A stretch of DNA of 64,000 nucleotides from Blepharisma stoltei ATCC 30299 (GCA_965603825.1 CBFDEM010000053.1:62001-126000); one strand, 5' to 3'; shown: positions 32,017 through 45,175, numbered from the stretch's first letter. Translations and numbers: made by a program. Notes: generated by a model not told the origin, from the sequence alone.

Positions 32017-33216
32017 ATGTTGTCAAAAGCCACTCCTCTTATGAAAAGAAGCGTGAGTTCTATCATCAATGGATCCTGGAATCTTACACCTGATCAGCAA
32101 GCAATTCAAGAAGCTGCCTTAAAATTCAGCAAAAGTGAAATATCACCATATGCAAATGAGTGGGATGAGAAAGGCTACTTTCCCAGAGACGTCATCAAAA
32201 AGTCAGCTGATCTTGGATTTGGAGGTCTCTATTGTAAACCCGACTTTGGAGGGATTGGCTGCAATAGGCTAGAAGCTTCGTTAGTATTTGAAGCGCTCGC
32301 AACTGGATGTGTTGGGACTACAGCATATATGACAGTTCATAATATGTGTGCATGGGTTCTCGATACTTTTGGAAGCATAGAACAAAGGAAAAGATGACTT
32401 CCTGAGCTGTTTAGATATGAAAGGTTTGCTAGTTATTGTTTGACAGAGCCACAAAGTGGCTCGGATGCTGCATCATTAAAAACTGTTGCCAAACTTGAAG
32501 GGAATTATTTTATTATCAATGGGAGCAAGATGTTTATTACTGGTGGTGACGCAAGTGATTTATATTTGGTTATGTGTAGAACTGGACCTAAAGAAATTTC
32601 TTGCATTGCTGTAGAGTCACCAACCCAGGGTCTCAGTTTTGGTAGGAGAGAAGCTAAGCTGGGCTGAAATTCTCATCCGACTCAGCTTGTGTCTTTTGAC
32701 AATGTCAAAGTTCCGAAAGAAAACTTAATAGGTGGGCAAGGGACTGGCTTTAAAATTGCTATGCAAGCTTTGGATGGAGGAAGGATCAACATTTCAAGCT
32801 GTGCCTTAGGCGGTGCCTGATTTGCATTAGCACAGGCGCAGAATTACATGCAAGAAAGAATGCAATTTGGGAAGAGACTGGTTGATCATCAATATTTACG
32901 ATTCAAAATGGCTGAAGCACTAACAAAGCTAACGGGATCGAGAATTATGGTAAGGCATGCAGCTGATATGCTAGATCAGCATAATCCAGCAAAAATTACC
33001 ATGGGATCAATGGCGAAGCTGTTTTCGACTGATAATTGTTTTGATGTTGCCAATATGGCACTGCAAATGCACGGAGGATATGGAGTGATGAGAAGCTATG
33101 GAGTCGAAAGAGCCTTCAGAGATCTGAGGATATTACAGATTGTAGAAGGAACTAATGAAATAATGAGACTGGTTATTGCCAGAGAAATGTTCAAGGACCA
33201 AGACGTCCAAGGCTAA
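32017..33216 (+). CDS. ACAD8: Isobutyryl-CoA dehydrogenase (399 aa; TGA=Trp at 32395, 32665, 32818)
   Basis: [26 protein letters not shown](W)[35 protein letters not shown]. Confidence 0.92.
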
Positions 33217-33285
33217 AAAGATACATATAATCATTTTATAGCTGATTAAGATTTAGCATTCTTATTATTGTTTATCAAATATTTA

Positions 33286-33771
33286 TTAAATATGAAATAG
33301 CACGCAAGATTTCGAAAGTAGGGATTCTGCTGGTGTTTTAGGCGATCGTTTAAATTTTATTCGATTTCCGATACTCTTTCTTGGATTTTTTCTAAAACTG
33401 TCAGTTTCCTCTAAGAGTTTGTCATCAGTTTTAATTTTTGACCCTTTTGTTGAGCTTGAGTTTTGAGAACCCTCTTTTTTTTCTGGTATGCATTTCTGAA
33501 ACCTCATTGCTAGTCTTTCATTTCTCTCTGCAAATGAATTTTTTCAGTTATGAGTTTCATCAAGCAAATCTTTCAATTTAGTATTTTTATTTTTTGACTC
33601 TTTGAATGAATGTGTAAGTTTTTTTAGAATTTCTTCTTGCCTTCCAACAATATTTTTTAATTCACTGACTTCTTCATTAATTTTTTTTGTGACCTCTCCT
33701 TTATTTTCTTCATTTTCTTTCGAGCTCTCTGCTTTATTATCGTAATCTAATTTCATTTGCGAACTGAGCAT
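33286..33771 (-). CDS. Hypothetical coiled-coil protein (161 aa; TGA at 33544)
   Basis: Two ORF-track fragments in one frame joined by TGA; the start codon is uncertain. Confidence 0.65.
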
Positions 33772-33786
33772 GTTTAGAATTTATAA

Positions 33787-34227
33787 ATGAAATTAATTAT
33801 ACCTCTACTTGTTTTTGAAGCCTTGAGTGCCTGCGTAGATTATCCATCAAGTGATCCACCATTATACTGTGATTCTGTAGTCACCTGGCCTGTATCAGAT
33901 ACAATAGCTAATAACGTATTTGAGCAAAACAGATATGCAATGGAACTCTATCGAAATCTAAAACAAAGATATCTCGATCTATCGACAAAAGACCCAACTT
34001 TGGACTGCCTTGCAGTAGCCTACCAATTCTACTGCTCTCATGCGTTTCCATACTGTACAGATACAGAACCTACCCGTGGCGTATGTCATTTTCTATGCGC
34101 AATATGAAAGGATAGATGTCCAAAGGAGCCACATGCGTTTTTCTGTAGTAATAATGAGACTTCTCATTGCTCAAACGCAGTCTCACTTATGTCATCCCTG
34201 CTTTTAATTTATTTGTCTTTTATTTAA
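33787..34227 (+). CDS. Secreted, probably GPI-anchored Frizzled-CRD/Mid1-like cysteine-rich protein (146 aa; TGA at 34105)
   Basis: Signal peptide, 10 Cys (C..YCSHAFPYC..VCHFLCAI(W)KDRCP..C..C) and hydrophobic C-terminus SNAVSLMSSLLLIYLSFI, then TAA. Confidence 0.8.
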
Positions 34228-34258
34228 CAGTTTTTTACTTTAAAATTGTAAATTATGA

Positions 34259-34942
<684 letters not shown>

Positions 34943-34992
34943 TTGTTAAATAAAAGCATTCATTAATAAGCATGCTGTATTTATATTAAAGT

Positions 34993-37089
34993 TTAATTTC
35001 ATTTTTTTCCAAGCAAATTTTCTTTAATCTTCAGCATGTGCTCGTGATATTCAACATTTTCCAAAAATTCTCTTTCATGCTCTTCAGCTTTATCCTCAGT
35101 TTCATCATTGCTCCATTCATCGTTGTCTTCTATATCTGTGTTGCTTTCAGAGCTGGGCATTCTTATTCCTTCTAAGTCAGGGCTTTCCCCTCTCTTTAGT
35201 TTTTCGTTGTTATCTACTTCTTTTTGTTTTTGTACTAAGCTGGTTTCCCAATATTCTTTTTCAGTCATTCTATAGTTGTTATCTGGCGGCATTTTTAGCC
35301 AAGGATGATCTAAGGCTTGTTGTGCTGTGCATCTTTTTTCAGGCTCGTAAATGAGCATTGGCAATAGGAAATCAGTGAGCATGTGAGCTTCATGCTGCTG
35401 AATGCGATATTTTTCCATTAATACAGCTTTTAATGGTCACAGTTTCAGCTGGGAAACTCTTCGAAGTTTTCCACGATGGTCAAAGAATTTTTTGGAATTT
35501 GCTCCAGAAAGTGCAAATGGTTTTGAGAAGAATCCTAAGGTTTCCACCATCTGCGCAAGATGATCGTCTTCTTTATCAAAGTCAGGCCCTGTGCGAGGAT
35601 CAAAAAGGAAGTCTCCAGTTATCAATTCAAAGAGCATGCAAGCAAAGCTCCATACATCAGCTGTATAGTTATAGGAAATTCCTAAAATCACTTCAGGGCT
35701 TCGGTATTGTCGGGTTTGAATTTCTGTTGAAAAATGCTTATGGATTCAGCAAGCATTGCCAAGGTCTGCAATTTTTACTTTGATGAATTCATTAACTACA
35801 GGAGTTTGCTTGAAATCTGTGGAGCTGTCTTCAAGTAGGCTTAATTCGCTCTCATCTTTGCTGTCATTGATTTCTTCTTTTGTGTTTTCTACGTGAAGGA
35901 GATCGTTTTGGATTTGATTTAGTTCTTCTTCATGTGCATTGATTTCTTCTGAATTATTTGGCTTTTCTATGGCATCACTTGGCTCTTCAATTTCAATATC
36001 AAATTTGGCGAGTGGCTTTATTTCTTTGTTTTCAATTTTTTCACCATTTTCAAATGTAAATTCTTCAAACTTCGGGACTTCGTGGCTTGTTCCATTATTT
36101 TCACTTTTTATGTTTTCCTCCTGATTTTCTTCTTTTTTACCTTTTTTCTTCTTATTTCTCTTTCTTTTCTTTTTCGGCACTGCTGGTGTGTCTTCATTAT
36201 TTTTTTCAATCTGCTGATTTTTTAGCTGCTTTTCCTTTTCTTTTTTCCTCTGCCTATATTTTTTCCTCTTTTCCTTCTTCCTTTCTAGTTTTTCATCTTT
36301 TTCTTCTTCTTTGATCTCTCTAATTTCTTTTACCATTTCTGTTATTGGAGTTTCTGGAGGTCTCGGAGTTGGCCCTTGGCAATCAATTTTATTCTTCAAA
36401 ATCCCAAATTTGATTATTTCATTTATCTGTGCTTTGGTCAGTTGCAAAAGAACATTTTCAGGCTTCAAATCTGTATGAATAATCCCACATATCCTATGCA
36501 AATAGTCCAAGGCAATTAATACTTGCTTGCTAATAACCCTACAAATAGGAATAGGGATTCCTTTATAGTTGTAAACTTTAATGATTTCTAATAAATTCAC
36601 ACCAAGTATCTCAAAAACCATGCAAATATGTTTCCCATTGGGTCCTGCATGCATAAAGCTATTTAATAACTGAACCACAAAGCAATGATCCCTAATTCCA
36701 TCTTCAGAAATCGCATTTTGGTACTCAGAAGTTCCTTCATAGTAGTGTTTCAGCGATGCAAGCCACAATGGATCATTATAGCTTGTACTGATTTTAAGCA
36801 AGATATCGATTTCATCATATGCAGCTTCAGTATAATGAGATGCACTCTTTTGCACTTTTAAGGCAACAAATGTGTTATATTTGAGATCCTTGCAGAGCCA
36901 TACTGTAGAAAAATGACCCCAGCCAACTTTTTGAACAATTTCGTAGCGATTTAAAAAAATATCACCAAGCATGATTGGATGATAACCTCCTGGGCGGTAA
37001 TCTTGGCTAGGCTCTTCTTCGTCGTCATAGACAACAGAGCTTGATTCATCTCTGATTTCTCCGCTCTCAGATAAAGAAGATTCTGCCAT
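34993..37089 (-). CDS. SRPK: SR protein kinase (about 698 aa; TGA at 35746, 35437, 34999)
   Basis: DYRPGGYHP, KVGWGHFSTVWL, IIHTDLKPEN, spacer insert, IADLGNAC(W)IHKHFSTEIQTRQYRSPE, KL(W)PLKAVLMEKY. Confidence 0.95.
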
Positions 37090-37352
37090 TTAATTTTTGA
37101 TGCACATATGTGAAGGTAATTGATAGGTTGCAAGATGAATTCATTTTTATCTATATTTCCTTTGCATATATGCATTACTCATCTAGATTTATATAATAGC
37201 TATTATATTATTTTTACAATATTTAAATGATGCTTCCTATCAGCTATAAATTAGGCTGCTATCTTATCAATAGTATTTCCAAATTTTCTTCATAATGGCT
37301 TAATTGATAAATTCATAATGTCGTTAGATTCTAATATAAAAATTCAGTTAAA

Positions 37353-38051
37353 ATGTCGTTTGAAGTCAACGATCAAGCACTCGAAGACGTCGATCATAAC
37401 ACTTTTTGCGAAGCAAAACAAATGAGAAAGCGAGCTGAAGAAGATGCCAAGCTCCTTGCCAACCGTATCGCTTTATTAAAAGCAGAAGAAGCTAAAGCTG
37501 TTAAAAAGCTTGAAGAAACTCGTCAGCAAGCCAACAAAATACTTGAATCACGAGCCAAACTCCAAGAAGAACAATCCAAAAAGGAAGAAGAGCGCAAAGC
37601 CAAAGAGGAAGAAGAAAGGATCAGGGCACTTGAAAAGCGAAACCAAAAGAACCTTGAAAGACAGTTAAAAGACTTCAAAACAATGTCGCTCAAAAACCGC
37701 GTTCAAAATGAAGTAAAAGCGCTAAAACAACGAAAACAAGAAAATTTAGAAAATATAGAAAACCAAAAGCAGGAAGAAAGAGCCTATAAAATGTCAATAA
37801 AACAAAAGGTCATTGAAATGAAAAAAGAAGCTGAAGAGAAAAAAAGGAGAAAAGAAGAAGAAAGAAGAGAGCAGATGAAAATGGAGCTAGCCAAGAAGAT
37901 TGAAGAAGAAAATGAAATCAGGAAGTTTAGAGAAGATGAAATCAAAAGAATGGAGCAGGAAGAGCTCGAACTCATTCAGAGGCTGCAAAACACTCAGCAA
38001 ATGCAAAGAAGCGCATATGATGAACTGGAATGTGCACTGACTGGAAGATAG
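37353..38051 (+). CDS. Charged coiled-coil / single-alpha-helix protein (232 aa)
   Basis: E/K/R-rich ORF with LLANRIALLKAEE and MEQEELELIQRLQNTQ; ends TAG. Confidence 0.85.
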   Translation: MSFEVNDQALEDVDHNTFCEAKQMRKRAEEDAKLLANRIALLKAEEAKAVKKLEETRQQANKILESRAKLQEEQSKKEEERKAKEEEERIRALEKRNQKNLERQLKDFKTMSLKNRVQNEVKALKQRKQENLENIENQKQEERAYKMSIKQKVIEMKKEAEEKKRRKEEERREQMKMELAKKIEEENEIRKFREDEIKRMEQEELELIQRLQNTQQMQRSAYDELECALTGR

Positions 38052-38097
38052 AAACATATATAAATAATTCTTATTAAATCTAAATCATTCTTTTAAA

Positions 38098-38490
38098 ATG
38101 GGATGCATGCAAGATACAACTGTCAAAGGAGCTGATATAAGCCAACCCAGCCAAGGCCTGGAGTTTGACTTTGAATTAAACAAGTCGAAGCCGAGCTCAA
38201 AAAATGCCCTTATGGCTGGCATTAACGAAAACGTTGTGGAAGAAGAAGTGGTCATTGATGATAGGGCATTGTTTGCTGAAGACCTTGAAGTAATAACCTT
38301 TAAAACTGAGAGAAATGATATAGCGCCTCTGCAAAGAGAAGAAATTCTTGAAAAAGCGCTGCAGATCAGCCAACATTCTGTCAATAAGATTATTGCAAGA
38401 CAACGTGAAGAAAAAGGACAGCAAAGACTGAAAATTGATAAAGACGCTTTGGTTTCTGGCTTTGCAAAACGTATAGCAGCAGCTGAATAA
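38098..38490 (+). CDS. Small MGC-start hypothetical protein (130 aa)
   Basis: ATG..TAA ORF with coding-like composition. Confidence 0.7.
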   Translation: MGCMQDTTVKGADISQPSQGLEFDFELNKSKPSSKNALMAGINENVVEEEVVIDDRALFAEDLEVITFKTERNDIAPLQREEILEKALQISQHSVNKIIARQREEKGQQRLKIDKDALVSGFAKRIAAAE

Positions 38491-38866
38491 AATTTAATTT
38501 AAGTTACTGATCTCTATTTATATATCCCAATCCACAGTTTATATGTTTTCTCTTCAGTTGAGACCGTTTACTACTCTGTCCATTTGCTGTGGAAGTTTAA
38601 AGATTCTTTTTCTAGATTTGCAAAATTCTTTTTGCAAGCTAATTTAGCTAAAGATAAATTTTTAAAATTGAATATATGACAAAGGAGATCAAGCACGCTA
38701 AATCTCCATTAAAAATGACGGCTTATAAATTAAAGCTCAGAAAATTAAATAATAAATCAGTTTTAGACACAATTTGTAATTGCGTTAAGTAGTAGGCTTA
38801 GATTTTTAATTGCAAATCCGCCGAAAAAATTATAACTCAAAGTATGTTATTTTTGGTTTAAAGAAA

Positions 38867-39143
38867 TTATAAATCATTATTTTGTTCTTCAGGTGGCTGA
38901 GCTTCTTCAATTTTAGCTCTTTTAACTGGCTTATCAGCTTTTTTTGTCACAATGTTCAGCTTTTCTGTAAGGAATCTTAATAAGGCTTACCTTTTCTCTC
39001 TTAATAAACAATTAACAGCTTTCATCGCAATTTCTAACTGGGAAGACAGTTTTAAGTGATCCTTCATTGACCATTACCACTTGTGCAGCTTTAAATTTAC
39101 TTTTTAAAGCCTTATATTTTTCCCTGTAGCTCTCTTCTTCCAT
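38867..39143 (-). CDS. INO80E/TFPT-like coiled-coil micro-protein (81 aa, two tiny introns)
   Basis: Spliced product MEEESYREKYKALKSKFKAAQVDHLKLSSQLEIAMKAVNCLLREKRFLTEKL... matches the INO80E pattern YKKKYRxLKRK..L..A.RK...L..EKxFLLDRL. Introns 39062-39077 and 38976-38990. Confidence 0.65.
38976..38990 (-). other. 15-nt intron (GTAAGCCTTATTAAG)
   Basis: Removes an in-frame TAA and restores EKRFL. Confidence 0.75.
39062..39077 (-). other. 16-nt intron (GTAATGGTCAATGAAG)
   Basis: Frame-correcting; GT..AG with A at position 10. Confidence 0.7.
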
Positions 39144-39420
39144 ACTTAATAATTATAAAATAAATATTTGTCAAAACTTTCAATAAATCAAGCTCTTATA
39201 GCTACAAAAAGTTTGATTTTATAATTATTATTCCACTCTTTATTTGCATAATAATTATTTTCGATTCAAATTTAAATTCTACTCTAAAGCGTTTTCTCAC
39301 TATTCTTAATTTATCTCTTGCATCAAACTAAACCATAATAACTCTTAAAAATTCTAGAATAATAATAAAATTCCATTAAAAATATAAGAGAAAAATTATC
39401 CTTTGATTATAATAATAAAA

Positions 39421-41928
39421 ATGCTGCGTGCATTGAATAGATTTAAAGGAGCACTTCCGAAACGATATTTTTCAGAAGATTTCATCATCGATGAAATCGA
39501 AGAACCTGCAAATAAATCATCACAAACTTCAGACCTAGTTAGGCTCCTGCCCATCACCAAGCATCCAATTTTCCCAAAACACTATGTCCGATTCCGTCTA
39601 TCTCCTGAAAACTTCAAGTTCATGGTTGCTGATTCACACTCAAACATGGTAGGTGCATTTGTATTGAAGCCTAAAGAAGATGCAAAAGAATTGGAAACCC
39701 AATTGTCTTTAAAGTAATTTCTAGATAGTTCGATTTTACCTCTGAAAGCAATTGACAATGTCTACTCTGTAGGAGCTCTCTGCACAACGAGTTTCAATAA
39801 GTTTGATAGAACTATCACTCTAAAACCAACTAACAGGACCAAGCTCATAGAAGTTGTTGAGCCATCTACCCCAGAAATCCCATTCCCATTAGTCAGGCTC
39901 CAACATTATGACGAAACTCCACAAGAGACAAGAACAGAAGAAGACCAAACTATACTAAAACTGCTTGGAGCACAACTTGATGAGCTTAGAAGCCTTCTGA
40001 GTCCTCAAGAATTAACTACATTGGAATTATTTGCCCAGAGGTTTAATATGAGATATGACGATGACTTCTTGAACTACGTAGGAATAATTCTATCTTATAT
40101 GTGCGATACTGCAAAAGTCCAGAAGATTTTTGAGCCAGAGTCGTTTTCGATGAGGCTAAAACTGACTTATGAGCTCATTCAGGAGCATGTGCAGATGAGA
40201 AATTCAATGAGAAAGCTGCAAGACGAAGCACAAGCCAAAATGCAAAAAGCAAGTGAAGAGCACATGTATAAGGAAATTTTAAGCCTGATTAAAAACAAAC
40301 TCGGATATGATAAGGATGAAAAGGAAACTTTGAAAATCAAGTATAGCAAGAATTTAGAAGGGAAAGCTGTTCCTGAGCATATTCAAAAAATAATTGATGA
40401 AGAAATGGGAAGAATGATGATGACTGACAAGAATTCTTCTGAATTCCACGTCATCAGAACTTATTTAGACTGGCTCACATGCTTGCCTTATGGAGTGCAA
40501 ACTGAGGAAACTATTGATCTTAAGCGAGCAAAAGAAATCTTAGATAGAGATCACTATGGTATGAAAGACGTTAAAGAAAGAATTCTCGAATTTATCGCAG
40601 TTAGCAAACTTAAAGGAAGCTCCACAGGCAAAATTTTATGCTTTGTCGGACCTCCTGGCGTAGGTAAAACATCAATTGCAAAATCCATTGCAGAAGCCTT
40701 AAATAGAAAATACCATAGAATCTCTCTTGGTGGCTTAGATGATGTTGCTGAACTTAAAGGACATAGGCGAACTTATATTGGAGCTCAGCCAGGGAAACTT
40801 ATAACTGCTTTAAAGCAAGCAGGCTCTGAGAACCCTGTAATCCTAATTGATGAGGTCGACAAAGTTGGTAAGCGAAACTATCAAGGCAGTCCTGAAAATG
40901 CTTTACTAGAAATTTTGGACCCTCAGCAGAACTTTTCCTTCAACGACCATTATTTAGACACCACAGTAGATCTCAGTAAAGTCCTATTCTTATGCACTGC
41001 AAACTTCCCAGACGACATTAATCCAGTCCTTTTAGATAGAATGGACGTCATAAATGTCCAAGGTTACACAGCAGAAGAAAAAATGAACATTTTAAATAAG
41101 CACCTTCTTCCAGAAATCATCAATAAATGCTCTCTATCTGACAAAGCTGAAAAATACGAAATCACAGACCCAGCAAAAGAAATACTCATAAGGGATTACT
41201 GCAGAGAAGCAGGAGTCAGAAGTTTACAAAAAATTATCACAAGGATTCTAGAAAAAATTACAAAGAAAATCGTAGAAGGAGAGCCTGAAAAAATTGTGGT
41301 GACTCCTGAAAATTTAATTACTTATGCAGGAAGACCTGAACACGCACATTCAAAAATTTACGACAGAACTCCTAGTGGGGTTGTTATGGGACTTGCATAT
41401 ACATCAATGGGAGGGTCAACCTTGTATATCGAAGTAGCAAAATCTAAATTTACTGGAGAAGAGACCGAAGGAAAAGTTCAGATTACAGGAAATTTGAAGC
41501 AAGTCATGAGCGAAAGTGTGCATATTGCTTATACGTTTGCGAAGAAGTTGGCATCAGCTAAAGGGAATAGCTTCCTTGATAAGAACAGTATACATATACA
41601 TGTGCCTGAAGGAGCTACACCTAAAGATGGGCCATCAGCTGGTATTACGATTACTACAGCTTTGCTTTCTCTGGCATTTGATAAGCCAGTTATTCCTGAC
41701 TTAGCAATGACAGGAGAAATTTCGTTGACTGGAAAAGTACTACCTATAGGAGGATTGAAAGAAAAAATTGTAGCTGCAAAGCGTGATGGAGTTAAAAGAG
41801 TGATTATTCCAAAACAGAACAAGCATCATTGGGATGAACTAACTGATATTTTGAAAGAAGGAATTGAAGTTAGCTTTGTGGAAGATTATTCAGAAGTTTT
41901 TAAGATAGCATTTGATAACTCACTTTAA
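39421..41928 (+). CDS. LONP1: Mitochondrial Lon protease (about 830 aa; 15-nt intron)
   Basis: Presequence MLRALNRF; Walker A GPPGVGKT; ILIDEVDK; catalytic PKDGPSAG and IGGLKEK. Intron 39714-39728 joins the N-domain. Confidence 0.95.
39714..39728 (+). other. 15-nt intron (GTAATTTCTAGATAG)
   Basis: Removes an in-frame TAA; the downstream frame is open to 41928. Confidence 0.85.
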
Positions 41929-42072
41929 TAATAAAAAAATTTTATTTTTAAGTATGATTTTAAGGTATTTTAAGGGATATAAATTGATTAACAATCAGAT
42001 AGTGATATTAACAAATCCTTAATAAACTAATATGCGCTAATTCTCAAATTAGAATATTATTCCCTCTTAATA

Positions 42073-42747
42073 TTAAGAAATAGCATTAAACGTCTTATTA
42101 AACCATCTCATGAATTGCCCAGGATCATTTGGATTTTTTCTTAAAACATCCAAAATTTTCTTATGAAAAGCATTAAAATTGGTAAACCTAAAAGGATTTT
42201 TCGTATTACTTTCTTCATCTTCTTCACAAGCCAAAACACATCTTCTTGCCTCTTCATTGAACATTCTTTCATCTTGTGTGTATATATACAAAGCTTGTGA
42301 GTTTAAAACATATTTAGACATAGTCCATGTATCTTTGAAGTAAAATATTTTTTTAATATATCCCAGTATACAAAATATAAAATCTTTTCCAGGTCTTCAT
42401 AGAGGAAATTGAGGCCCTAATGCTAGCTCTCCAGTCTCTGGATGGATTAAGGGGTGAAATACATAAGTATGAAAAAATACTGAAGGTCGAATTGTTGGGT
42501 AGTTTTCAGGAATTTCTATTTTGAATCTGAATACTCCACCTTTATAAAGCCCTTGCCGTATGAAAATAACACCCTGCCAAATTTTTATATTGTTAAGCTG
42601 TGGAAGAACGTAGACTCCTACTGGCGCGTAATGTTTTAAGCTTCGGTATTCTATAAGAAGCTGATATTCTTTTAATTTGTCTTGATTATATTTATAAGCA
42701 TTGAGGATAGCTGATGGATGATTCGAAGTATCAAGCTTGATAGCCAT
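42073..42747 (-). CDS. AKTIP: AKTIP/FTS (Crossbronx)-like E2-variant protein (224 aa; TGA at 42397)
   Basis: EYQLLIEY..GVYVLP, WQGVIFIRQGLYKGGVFRF, VFHPLIHPETGEL (no catalytic Cys), FPL(W)RPGKD. Confidence 0.85.
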
Positions 42748-43034
42748 CTTTGATTAATTTATAAACTTAAATTTTTCATAGCATATCAATTTAAATTTTG
42801 TTTAGCCAAATGCACCTTAGTTTATATTTAGCTCAATAATACCGAGAAGTTTTTAATTATCTCTGCATAGCAGGTTAAATCTCTATATAATTTCAAGCTA
42901 TATATGCAAAATGAATAAACTATTTATTATAACTATACGTTTATATAAGCCTAATTTAATCTAATAATTCTATATGATGAATTTCCTATTTCTAACTACC
43001 ATAAACAAAACTATTATTTAATTATTTACTATAT

Positions 43035-44441
43035 CTATATATCATCAAGTTTTTCTGTCACAAAAGATCCTCTTCTCGGATCCCTCACTTCAATTTCAGG
43101 AATTGAAGTAATTTTCAACATATTGCTATTTTCCAAATTTTCCAGATTTTTCGCTGGCGTGAACGTATCTGGAATTTTGCCATGCTCTTTTGGATCGAGG
43201 TTAAACTTGCTTTGATTTAGTTCAATAACTACACAAGAAATATCATCAATCATCACGTCTTCTTCCTCCACAATTGTATGCCACCTTATTCTTGCTTCTT
43301 CACACAGCAGCTGTGCAATGCAAGCATTTTCAGGACTGACGACTCTTTGGTCTGTGTGTGTGTCAACTCCTTTTATACATTTTTCTCTATAAAACTCTAC
43401 AAAGTGGGCGACGTCGTCATTTTCGAGCACATCTCATATCCCATCAGAAGCAGCTACTATAAAATAGTCCAGTTCTCCGAACAGCTCATATTTTGTGCAG
43501 ACTGGGGTCGATATAACGCCTACACGCTGTCCTCGGAGGTCTCCTATAGATCTGCTCATAGCAAGGCCAGGACCATTGGAGTTCATTTCTCATATTCGAT
43601 AAGGACCGATTTTGTTCCCATATTCGTCTACAAGCTGTTGTACTCTTCCGCCGCATTTTGAAATCCTGGCTCATTCTTCAGGATCGTCAGGCTTTTGGTC
43701 TCTTGTAAGCTGAACTGCTTGCAAAAGGGGTGAAACGAAGCTTCGACGCCTTTCTTTGACTTCTTCAAGCATTTTTCTTTCTTCTCCGATTATCGCAGGC
43801 GGTGCAGGAAGGATTGCAGGCGGGTGAGAAGTTCCAACTATTGCTCGGGAATCCCCTACGCTTGCACAGTATAGGTTGTTATTATGGAAATACACCAAAA
43901 CTGCAGTACTAATTATTGATTACCATCCAGAGTTCTGGGCGTTAACTCCATGAGCTGGGTCTCTTATTTCATGATCACATTGTTTTGTAAGCTCTAATAG
44001 AAGCTGGGTTGGAGATTTAGAATAATCATTCTTATGAGTTTCATAAAAATCTTCCACTGTCTGTGAACAAATGTCCACAACTCTTTCTCCTTCAGCGCCA
44101 TGTCCATCAAAAAGAGCAATTATAAAGCTATTTTCGTCGTTTAAAAATAAACAAAAATCTTGACACTTTTTATTGATTTCGCCATGAGGGTCAAGTCCAG
44201 GAATTACGCAGGCTGAGGCTCAGTATGAGTTCAAGCCTACTTCAAGTTTATGTGAGGATACAAGAATGGGTTCTGTATAATTAAATTTCAAAGTATTCGT
44301 CCCCAGGATTTGACCTTTTGCGTTTCTTTGTTTGACATTCAGCACTGCACTTCGGCGGTATTCTCTTGTGAGGAAACCGTTAGTTGGGTCTCTGGTGATT
44401 AAATTTACTTTGCTATTTGTTGTGATGTTACAGCAGCCCAT
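43035..44441 (-). CDS. PP2C phosphatase with MGCC N-terminus (about 463 aa; 4 TGA; 15-nt intron)
   Basis: KCQD, LFDGHG, SGCTAV (created by splicing 43909-43923), SVGDSR, GPYRI(W), GLAMSRSIGD, SDGI(W)D, IDDISC. Confidence 0.9.
43909..43923 (-). other. 15-nt intron (GTAATCAATAATTAG)
   Basis: Removal gives the PP2C SGCTAV motif. Confidence 0.9.
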
Positions 44442-44515
44442 GATTTTTTTATGATACAAATAAAGAAATTAAAAGATTCTATTAACTAAAACGAATAAAT
44501 TATTTGTCATAAAAA

Positions 44516-45175
44516 TTATCTATAAAATATCTCATATCTTTCATCAACTTTCATGTCTAAATAAATCCATGATGAAATTTCTCTTAAAATCCCCTTTGGA
44601 AGGCTGCTGATTCGATTTTTTGAGAATTTGATTACGAAAATAAAATTCTTGCGTTCTTCCCAGCATTGATGTCTATTGAAGACTTGGAGAATGCATGGAG
44701 GAACTTTTATAAAATCATCCTTAATTCGATTAAGGATCAAATTGATGTCAGCATTATACTTGATCAATAGTTCAGCCATTTTGTCACTTTGTCGAAAAAT
44801 AGCTTGCATTAAAGGATAATCTTGATTCTTTATGTTTGGGTCGGCTCCTAGTTCAAGAAGTTTTTCAGCTGCCTGAAATCTTTTATAGTAAGAAGCTCGT
44901 ATTAATGGAGAATCATCGTTTTTCCCAGTTTTTTCTATGCTAAAACCTTTATTTACAAGGTAATCAATGATGTCTGGCTGATTGTAATATGCTGCATATA
45001 TCATTGGAGTTAGTCCTTGCCTTGATTGATAATTGTCATCAATTTTTTTAGTTTCTAATATTTCATTGAGCAGCTCCCGATTTCCTGCTTTAATGTAGCT
45101 AATCATTTGGTTTTCTTCTTGCTGTGTAAGTTTTTCTTTAGAAAAATACTTCTTAAATCTGACTAGGAAATCCAT
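44516..45175 (-). CDS. Ankyrin-repeat protein (219 aa)
   Basis: GLTPMIYAA, DDSPLIRAS..LLELGADPN, YPLMQAI..LLIKYNADIN. Confidence 0.88.
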   Translation of the reverse strand: MDFLVRFKKYFSKEKLTQQEENQMISYIKAGNRELLNEILETKKIDDNYQSRQGLTPMIYAAYYNQPDIIDYLVNKGFSIEKTGKNDDSPLIRASYYKRFQAAEKLLELGADPNIKNQDYPLMQAIFRQSDKMAELLIKYNADINLILNRIKDDFIKVPPCILQVFNRHQCWEERKNFIFVIKFSKNRISSLPKGILREISSWIYLDMKVDERYEIFYR

